Of a DNA stretch of 64,000 nt, positions 45,890 through 52,727 are shown piece by piece; position 1 is the first letter of the stretch, and each line of letters begins with the position of its first letter. The notes below the pieces were generated by a model. The model was not told the origin of the DNA. It was given only the letters and a program-made list of their open reading frames with translations, and did not search any database. Origin of the DNA: Prevotellaceae bacterium UBA1075 (lineage in GTDB: Bacteria; Bacteroidota; Bacteroidia; Bacteroidales; Bacteroidaceae); the NCBI GenBank assembly GCA_002316015.1, contig DCCS01000032.1, positions 208,234 to 272,233 of the forward strand, in the 5' to 3' direction. Both the position numbers and the translations under genes were made by a program.

Positions 45890-47014
45890 ATGAGCGAGAA
45901 CTACACACAGATAAAGGATGACTGGGAAGTGGCGCGCGTGCTGCACCAGGAGCAGGGGGAGATACGCAGGTACGCCTTTCAGAGCGTGAACCTGACCGCC
46001 GAGACCAAACTGGCCATGAGCCACACTTACAGGGACTGCATCTTCATAGGGTGCACTATTCCGCAGGGGATGAAGCGGCTCTCGAGGGACTGCCTCTTCC
46101 TGCCCGACATGGGCGAGACATTCCATTACCGCAACCACCTGTACACGCCCGAGGAACTCTACGAGGGCTACCGTCCCGATGACCCGCAAAGTTATCAGAC
46201 GTGCTATGACGGGCGTGTCTACCGGCACTACATGAAGATGGGGAAGCAGGCGAGCGACATCAAGGAGACCCTGGCACGCTCGCTGCACGACCACAGCATC
46301 AGCGATTGCCTGCGCGAGACGCTCTCGCACTACAACGAGCACAGGCTGGTGGGCGTGATGGGCGGGCACGGGCTCAAGCGCGGCGACGACATCTACCTCA
46401 GGGTGGCCATGCTGAGCAAGCACCTCACCGAACAGGGGTTCCTGATGATTACCGGCGGCGGCCCCGGGGCCATGGAGGCGACGCACCTGGGAGCCTGGAT
46501 GGCCGGACGTCCTGACCAGGAACTGCGCGCGGCGCACGCCATTATGAACCGCGCGCAAAGATATACCGACGAGGGATGGCTGGAGACGGCATGGGAGGTA
46601 CACGAGAAGTTCCCCCAGCGCGACTATGACAGCCTGGGTGTCCCCACCTGGCTGTACGGGCACGAGCCCTCCACGCCGCTGGCCACCATGATAGCCAAGT
46701 ACTTTGACAACAGCATACGCGAGGACGGTATCCTCTCCATCGCGCGCGGCGGCATCATCTACACGCCCGGAAGCGCGGGCACGCTGCAGGAAATCTTCCA
46801 GGAGGCGGTGCAGAACCACTACCTCACCTTCGGCTACGCCAGCCCGATGATATTCATGGGCAGGGACTTCTGGACGCGCGAGATACCCATCTGGCCGCTG
46901 CTGATGTACATGGTGGAGCGTGGCAAGTACCAGAACCTGATATTGTGCCTGACGGACAGCGAGAGTGAGATTGCCAGCACGCTCAGCGGCTCATCCGCAA
47001 AGCCTCGGCAGTAG
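45890..47014 (+). CDS. LOG-family (TIGR00730-like Rossmann fold) protein with about 140-aa N-terminal extension
   Basis: 374 aa. Motifs are VGVMGGHG, ITGGGPGAMEATHLGA and GGIIYTPGSAGTLQEIFQE (PGGxGTxxE-type). The N-terminal extension was not recognised. Confidence 0.8.
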   Translation: MSENYTQIKDDWEVARVLHQEQGEIRRYAFQSVNLTAETKLAMSHTYRDCIFIGCTIPQGMKRLSRDCLFLPDMGETFHYRNHLYTPEELYEGYRPDDPQSYQTCYDGRVYRHYMKMGKQASDIKETLARSLHDHSISDCLRETLSHYNEHRLVGVMGGHGLKRGDDIYLRVAMLSKHLTEQGFLMITGGGPGAMEATHLGAWMAGRPDQELRAAHAIMNRAQRYTDEGWLETAWEVHEKFPQRDYDSLGVPTWLYGHEPSTPLATMIAKYFDNSIREDGILSIARGGIIYTPGSAGTLQEIFQEAVQNHYLTFGYASPMIFMGRDFWTREIPIWPLLMYMVERGKYQNLILCLTDSESEIASTLSGSSAKPRQ

Positions 47015-48263
47015 AGACGGGACGGCCGCCCGCATAGGCCACGATGAAAGCATCGGGGAAACTGCTCTTGACCCGTGCCAGGATGGCACGCGCTTCCTCA
47101 TAGTCGGGTGTCGTGGCATACAACACCTTATACACGGTACCTGCCCGCACAGTCCGCACAGGCGTGAGCCCCTTCAGGCGGGAATCGCCGGGGAGTGGCT
47201 TCTTGCTCACCGCAAAGAGTTGCACGCTGAACAGGGGACGCGCATCCTCCCCACCGCCTGGCCGTGTGACAGTGGCCTCGGCCTGCGCGGTGGTAGCCTC
47301 AGCCTGCGCGGTGGTGGGATTGCCGCTGTGCGCCGAGGAATCCTCGGGAGTGGGCGTGTCGCTGGCCGAAGTGCCAGAGGTGCCAGTCTGTGGACTGGGA
47401 GTGTCGGCCTGGGCCACGGTGGCAGGCTCCTCCTGCACACGCTCCTCCTGCACGGCAGGTGCGGGGCGCTCCTCCCTGGCAAAGGGGTCTTGCATGGGCA
47501 TCAGATCCTCGGCGCTGCTTGCCTCGCGCACGCGTCTCGCCTTCAGCCCGCTCACGGTGCCGCGTGACTGGCGCAGGGTGCGCAGGGTCTTCCCCTGGGA
47601 CTTGCCCTTGGTGACACTGTAATAGGCATCGAGGGCCTTGTAGATGTCAAGGGCTATCTGCCTCTGCCCGCGCTCGCTGCACATGTAGGCGGCATCTCCC
47701 ACGTTGCTCAGGAAGCCCACCTCGGTGAGTGCGGACGGCATCTCGGTGTGCATGAGCACATACAGGTTGCTGGCGCGCGCGCCACGGTCGGCCGTGCGGC
47801 CTGAGTTGAAGTAGCTGTTCTGAAGCAGCCAGGCCAGCAGTTCGCTGTTGTCGGCATTCCGTTCCAGTGTGCTGGCCTGCACCATGTCCTGTGCCGAACG
47901 CGTGTTGGCATAGAAAGTCTCGGTGCCCGAGAGCAGGAGGTTCTTCTCCGCGAAGTTGATGTGTATGCTCAGGAAGAGGTCGGCTTTCGCGCGGTTGGCA
48001 GTCTGGCAGCGCTCGTCCAGGGAGACGAAGGTGTCGTCTGTGCGTGTGAGCACGACCTTGATGCCGGGCCGGTTCTCGCGTATGAGGGCGGCCACGCGGT
48101 TGGTGATGTTGAGCGTCAGGTCTTTCTCCAGCACGTCTCTGATGCTGGTGCCCTGGTCTTTCCCCCCGTGTCCGGCATCGAGCACCCACACCAGGGGGCG
48201 CAACTGGCGGGCGGCGCATGCCAGAGGCAAGAGCAGCATGAGGACAAGTGTCAAGCGTTTCAT
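46983..48263 (-). CDS. N-acetylmuramoyl-L-alanine amidase (Amidase_3) with low-complexity linker and C-terminal SPOR domain
   Basis: 426 aa with a signal peptide. The amidase motifs are VLDAGHGGKDQG and LSIHIN. The linker is rich in P/T/A/E. The SPOR-like end is FSVQLFAVSKK...YKVLYATTPDYEEARAILARVKSSFPDAFIV. Its 3' end overlaps the convergent LOG gene by 32 nt. Confidence 0.88.
   Translation of the reverse strand: MKRLTLVLMLLLPLACAARQLRPLVWVLDAGHGGKDQGTSIRDVLEKDLTLNITNRVAALIRENRPGIKVVLTRTDDTFVSLDERCQTANRAKADLFLSIHINFAEKNLLLSGTETFYANTRSAQDMVQASTLERNADNSELLAWLLQNSYFNSGRTADRGARASNLYVLMHTEMPSALTEVGFLSNVGDAAYMCSERGQRQIALDIYKALDAYYSVTKGKSQGKTLRTLRQSRGTVSGLKARRVREASSAEDLMPMQDPFAREERPAPAVQEERVQEEPATVAQADTPSPQTGTSGTSASDTPTPEDSSAHSGNPTTAQAEATTAQAEATVTRPGGGEDARPLFSVQLFAVSKKPLPGDSRLKGLTPVRTVRAGTVYKVLYATTPDYEEARAILARVKSSFPDAFIVAYAGGRPVSTAEALRMSR
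47275..47316. repeat. In-frame 21-bp tandem duplication inside the amidase linker
   Basis: GCCTCGGCCTGCGCGGTGGTA is followed directly by GCCTCAGCCTGCGCGGTGGTG (19/21 identical). On the minus strand this encodes TTAQAEA twice. Confidence 0.8.
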
Positions 48264-48267
48264 GCCG

Positions 48268-48275
48268 CAAAGTTA
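48268..48275 (-). promoter_or_regulatory. -7 box TAACTTTG (minus) upstream of the amidase gene
   Basis: Plus strand reads caaagtta. Only 4 nt (CGGC) separate the box from the ATG at 48263. Confidence 0.45.
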
Positions 48276-48435
48276 CTGAAAAATATGTGCCTTTTACAGC
48301 GGAAACGTCCCTTTTTCACAGGCTTCCCCCCACCCCGTGTGATAAAGGGACGCGTCCGTGGGGACTGGGGCACAATGCCGCGTCTCCTCCAGCCATGTGC
48401 CCATTCAACCGTCCAGCCTGGGCTGGACGTTCAAC

Positions 48436-48515
48436 GCAGCGGCATGCGATGGCAGATGCAGCGGCATGCGTTGGCAGATGCGGCGGCATGCGTTGGCAGA
48501 TGCAGCGGCATGGCC
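48436..48515. repeat. 22-bp tandem repeat array, 3.6 copies
   Basis: The units are GCAGCGGCATGCGATGGCAGAT, GCAGCGGCATGCGTTGGCAGAT, GCGGCGGCATGCGTTGGCAGAT and a partial GCAGCGGCATGGCC. The reverse complement of the unit matches the 61241 array unit at 17 of 22 positions. Confidence 0.9.
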
Positions 48516-48525
48516 ATAAACACGT

Positions 48526-48556
48526 GAGGGACTCCAGCGCAGTGCTGGAGTCCCTC
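48526..48556. terminator. Perfect 13-bp hairpin downstream of the TonB_C gene (end of the glp block)
   Basis: GAGGGACTCCAGC (48526-48538) pairs with GCTGGAGTCCCTC (48544-48556) across a 5-nt loop. There is a T5 run on the plus side (GCGGCATTTTT) and a weaker T-rich tract on the minus side. Confidence 0.5.
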
Positions 48557-48578
48557 GCGGCATTTTTCAGAACTCATC

Positions 48579-49001
48579 TCAAGGAAGGCGGAACAGGATG
48601 GGAACCGTCCACCGTGAGGACACCTTCTTGCCCTTCACCTTGGCAGGCTTCCACTTGGGCATCCCTTGGATAAGCTGGATGACGGTCTCGTTGAACCCCT
48701 CGTCGGGTGTCTTCCTGATGCGGACGTCCTCTATCTTGCCCTTGCGGGTTATCACGAATGACACCATCACGCGGCCCGACTTTCCCTGCTGGCGCATCTG
48801 TTCTGGATAGGTGAGGTTTTTCTCCAGGTAAGCCATCAAGGCTTCTTCCCCTCCTGGGAATTGTGCGAGTTTGTCTACCGCGTCATACACCGAGTCTGAC
48901 GCTGCCTCCTGCACCGTCATCTCATGCGCCTCCACATTGTGGGGAGCCATCCACATGCCTGTTGTCATCAGGCATGCGGCAAAGATTGCACTTGTTTTCA
49001 T
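48579..49001 (-). CDS. Periplasmic TonB C-terminal-domain-only protein
   Basis: The track ORF was trimmed to the ATG at 49001 (MKTSAIFAACLMTTGMW, signal peptide). 140 aa. The TonB_C motifs are AQFPGGEEALMAYLEKNLTYPEQMRQQGKSGRVMVSFVI...G.I.DVRI. There is no N-terminal TM anchor or proline-rich spacer. Confidence 0.8.
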   Translation of the reverse strand: MKTSAIFAACLMTTGMWMAPHNVEAHEMTVQEAASDSVYDAVDKLAQFPGGEEALMAYLEKNLTYPEQMRQQGKSGRVMVSFVITRKGKIEDVRIRKTPDEGFNETVIQLIQGMPKWKPAKVKGKKVSSRWTVPILFRLP

Positions 49002-49030
49002 TGTCTCATGTATTCGGGTTTCGGTGTTGA

Positions 49031-49861
49031 TCAAGTCCTGCTCTCGGCCAGCCACTCGCCCAGTTGCGCGATGTCGCGGGCAATGATGTCGGGCTGCCGG
49101 GGAGCCTGCCGTGCCACCTCCAGGGTGGTCTCGCCCGAGAGCACCAGGCATCCCACGGCCCCGGCATTGTGTGCCATGGCAATGTCGGTGTAGATGCGGT
49201 CGCCCACCATGCATATCTCCTGGGGGCGCAGGCCCATCTGTTGCTGTATGCCCAGCAGCATGTTGGGGTCGGGCTTGCCCAGCGTGACATCGGGCTTGCG
49301 GCCTGCCGCCGACTCCAGCATGCGGCAGATGCTGCCACAGTCGATCAGGATGGTGCGCTCGTCGGTGGGGCACACGAGGTCGGGGTTGGTGGCTATGTAG
49401 GGAAGTCCTTGCCTGATCCACCAGGCCGCGCGGCACGCGCGGCTGTAGGTGAGTGTCATGTCGAAGGCTGCCACCACTATGTCGGGCACGTCATCGGGGT
49501 CATCGGCTGTGGAGATGAAGCCCGCCTTGACAAACTGCTCCGTCATGCTGGGAGTGCCCAGCAGGAAGAGTTTCCGGGCCTGGGGATAATGGGCATGGAT
49601 GTAGTCGATGGTGGCGATGGTGGTATTGTATATCTCCTGCTCGGTGGCATGGATGCCCATGTGCTCGAGTTTCTGCAGGTATGCGTCGATGCTCTTGCTG
49701 GGGTTGTTGGTGAGGAAAGAGTAGGTGATACCCATCTTGCCCAGCCTATCGAGGAACGGGATGGTGAAGGGGAAGACCTTGCTCCCCATATAGATGGTCC
49801 CGTCCATGTCCAGTGCCACGTGGCGCACGCCGCGCAGCAATTCCTTAGTCCTCTGTTCCAT
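49031..49861 (-). CDS. HAD-superfamily subfamily IIA hydrolase (NagD/AraL-like sugar-phosphate phosphatase)
   Basis: 276 aa. Motif I is ALDMDGTIY, motif II FLTNNPS, then KPDP and motif IV GDRIYTDI. The start overlaps the upstream transporter gene by 17 nt. Confidence 0.88.
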   Translation of the reverse strand: MEQRTKELLRGVRHVALDMDGTIYMGSKVFPFTIPFLDRLGKMGITYSFLTNNPSKSIDAYLQKLEHMGIHATEQEIYNTTIATIDYIHAHYPQARKLFLLGTPSMTEQFVKAGFISTADDPDDVPDIVVAAFDMTLTYSRACRAAWWIRQGLPYIATNPDLVCPTDERTILIDCGSICRMLESAAGRKPDVTLGKPDPNMLLGIQQQMGLRPQEICMVGDRIYTDIAMAHNAGAVGCLVLSGETTLEVARQAPRQPDIIARDIAQLGEWLAESRT

Positions 49862-51296
49862 ATCCGTCTGCTTTTGCTTTCCACATCATACTGAAGGTGA
49901 GCACGCCCACCAGTGCCACACCTATCATGCCCATGAACACATAGTCCCAGCTGCGCTCGGGATTGACCTTGTTCATCAAGTCCACAAACATGCCCACGCC
50001 TATGCCAGACACCAGTCCGCTCGCGTAACCGAACAGCCCCACGAAGCCATTGGCGGTGGCGGCGGCGCGGTTGGTGGCCTGGTTGGCGGCGGCAATGCCT
50101 ATGAGTGCCTGCGGGCCGTAGATGCAGAAGCCCGCCATGGCCAGCACGACCACCATGAGCCACGCGGGAGTCTGGGCGGGCAGCACGAGGAAGACACCCA
50201 TGAACACGGCCACGCCCAACATGCAGAACAGGCAGGTGCGGTGGGCGCGGCCCTGCAGCCAACGGTCGGTAATCCATCCGAAGAAGAGGGTGCCCAGGAT
50301 GCCGAATATCTCGAACAGAGCCACCGTCCAGCCCGCGTGCGAAAGACTCATGCCACGGGCTTCCTTGAGGAACGTCGGGCCCCAGTCGAGCACGGCGAAG
50401 CGGACTATGTACACCAGGAAATTCGATATGGCCAGAATCCATATCCAGCGGTTGCGGAACACCATCCTGCGCAGGAACTTCTTGTATTCCGCCTCGCCCG
50501 CGCTGCCTTTCTTGTTGACCGTGTGGATTTCGGCAAGCCCCACTGACGAGGGGGTGTCACGCAAGAAGGCGAAGATGAACACCGAACCGGCCAGGGCGAT
50601 GGTGGCGGGAATCCAGAAGCACCACCGCCAGGCCCCGTAGTGCGAGGCCGACTCGATGACGCTCTGCATGCGCTCCGCGTCACAGGTGTCCACATGCAGG
50701 TTGGCGGCGATGGCGGCCACGATGTCGGGGTTGGAGGACATGTTCTCGCCCATCGTGCCCATCACGTAGCCACACAGGATGGCCACGATGCTGGCTCCCA
50801 GGGAGTGGGAGGTGTTCCACACCGACATCTTGGTGGCCAGCTCGTCGGACGGAACCCAGTGGCTCAGCAGGCGCGCGCACGGAGGGAAGCCGCAGCCCTG
50901 GAAGAAATTGTTGAGCAGCAGGATAATGCCAAAGACGAGCACCATCATGTTGGTGAACTGCGGGCCGGAGGTGTCACCCGTAATCAGGGCACTGAGGTCG
51001 GCGCCGAACCCGAAGGCATAGTTGGCCACGGCACAGAGCAGAAGCCCTATGGCCATGTGGTAGCGCGCGTTCATGCGGTCGGCCATGAAGCCGTTGAGGA
51101 AGCGGCTAAGGCCATAGGTCACCGTGACCAGCGACATGATAACTCCGAAACTCGTCTTTGTGATGCCGTATTCGGCGCTGAGCCCAGGGATGGCAAACGA
51201 GAAGTTCTTGCGAACAAAATAGAACAGGGCATAACCTACCATCGTGACGATGATGGTGCGCCACTGCCAATAGAGGAAACTCTTATTGGTCTTCAT
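49845..51296 (-). CDS. glpT: MFS organophosphate:Pi antiporter (GlpT/UhpC family)
   Basis: 483 aa. The N-terminus WRTIIVTMVGYALFYFVRKNFSFAIPGL resembles E. coli GlpT (GYAAYYLVRKNFALAMPYL). It has 12 predicted hydrophobic segments. Substrate specificity is not determinable from sequence. Confidence 0.85.
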   Translation of the reverse strand: MKTNKSFLYWQWRTIIVTMVGYALFYFVRKNFSFAIPGLSAEYGITKTSFGVIMSLVTVTYGLSRFLNGFMADRMNARYHMAIGLLLCAVANYAFGFGADLSALITGDTSGPQFTNMMVLVFGIILLLNNFFQGCGFPPCARLLSHWVPSDELATKMSVWNTSHSLGASIVAILCGYVMGTMGENMSSNPDIVAAIAANLHVDTCDAERMQSVIESASHYGAWRWCFWIPATIALAGSVFIFAFLRDTPSSVGLAEIHTVNKKGSAGEAEYKKFLRRMVFRNRWIWILAISNFLVYIVRFAVLDWGPTFLKEARGMSLSHAGWTVALFEIFGILGTLFFGWITDRWLQGRAHRTCLFCMLGVAVFMGVFLVLPAQTPAWLMVVVLAMAGFCIYGPQALIGIAAANQATNRAAATANGFVGLFGYASGLVSGIGVGMFVDLMNKVNPERSWDYVFMGMIGVALVGVLTFSMMWKAKADGYGTED

Positions 51297-51350
51297 CTCT
51301 TGAAATAGTGTTATGTGGTTATCTTGTTAAAAGTCTGTGTGGAACGGCTC

Positions 51351-52682
51351 TCAGGCAAAGTGGGAACTCATCAGGCGGTCGGCCCACTCTTCCATCGTGC
51401 CCATGCGCACCGCCACATCAAAGATGGTGTAGCGGCGGCGTATCTGCTGGGAGCGTATGATGGTGGCACGCATCTGCTCACGGCCGAGGCCAATGTCGCG
51501 GGGATGGACGGGCGCACCCACGGCCTTGAGCCTCCCGATGGCCTGCGGCACGGTGAGCAGCTGCTGGCGCAGGCGGCTCTTCAACTCGTCCTGGCGGTCT
51601 CGCATAATCTCAAAATGCCTGCGCAATTCCTCGGGCGATGAGTACTTGGCCTCTATCTCGCCTGCTGCGAAGGTGGGGAAATCCGATTTGCGGAACATCC
51701 TGAGTGATGCCTCCTTCTGTTCCTCAAGAGATGGCCAGCGCATCACCAGCGCGTCAATGTCAAGCGTGGAGAGGTCTGTGTGGAGCAGTTGCTCGTAGAA
51801 GAACAGGGACACGATGGTGCCTATGCTCACCTGGAACCCGTGCGAGGGAGCCTGGCCGTCGGGCGTCACGAATCGGTCCATGTTGAGCATGTGGCTTATC
51901 TGGTGCTCCGCGCCACTGGCCGGACGGCTCGACGCGGGATAAGCCTGCATGGCGAAACCGCCCAGCATCAGTCCCTCGGCCAGTGCCTGGAGAGCCTTGG
52001 GGTCACCCTCGCGACAGGCTTCGGGATGCGACAGGGCATCGTGCAGTCCGCCCTGCACGATGTTCCACGGGGTGGGGTCAATGGGCTCCACCCCCAGCAC
52101 ATCGGCCACAATCCAGTCGGCACCGGCGGGCACCTTGGCCATGAGGTCGGCATAGCCGCTGGCAGTCATGCCGGCAGGAGCAGTGGCCAGCACATCCACA
52201 TCGGCCACCACGGCCTGCGGGGCCGCGCACTTGTAGGTGCTCTTGATGCCGTCCCTGGTGATTGACGCGCCAAAGGCGACGTACCCGTCCATGGACGCCG
52301 CAGTGGCCACCACCATATAAGGGCGGCCCTGGTGTGCGGAGCACAACTTGGTGATGTCGTTGATGGTTCCCGACCCCACGGCCACAGCCACGGCACCGGT
52401 GTGCGAGAGTTTCGCGTCGAGTTGCTCTATATACTTCCATTCGGCATGCATGTCAGCGTCCTTGAACACGATGGAAGCGTCAGTCTCCACTCCCGCCTGC
52501 CGCAAGAGGGTGTCCACCCTCTCGCCTGCCACCGCCCATGTGGCGGCGTGTGCCACCACCACGGCCTTCTTGCCGGGGAACTGGCTCTTGAACACCTGGG
52601 GCACTTTGTCCAGGACACCGCTTCCGATCTCCAGGGCGTGTGTCTGTGTGGCGTTGCTCAACGCCAGTTGTACTCTATCCAT
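51351..52682 (-). CDS. AraM/EgsA-type sn-glycerol-1-phosphate dehydrogenase homolog (Fe-ADH/DHQS-like superfamily)
   Basis: 443 aa. It aligns by eye with my recollection of B. subtilis AraM. [35 protein letters not shown] matches [50 protein letters not shown] matches [30 protein letters not shown] matches SRPASGGEHHISHWI. The metal ligands D/H/H are conserved. Confidence 0.8.
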   Translation of the reverse strand: [443 protein letters not shown]

Positions 52683-52727
52683 ATCGGAGTTTTTGGGTTT
52701 GCCGGGGTGGCTGTTGCTTGTTCCTTG

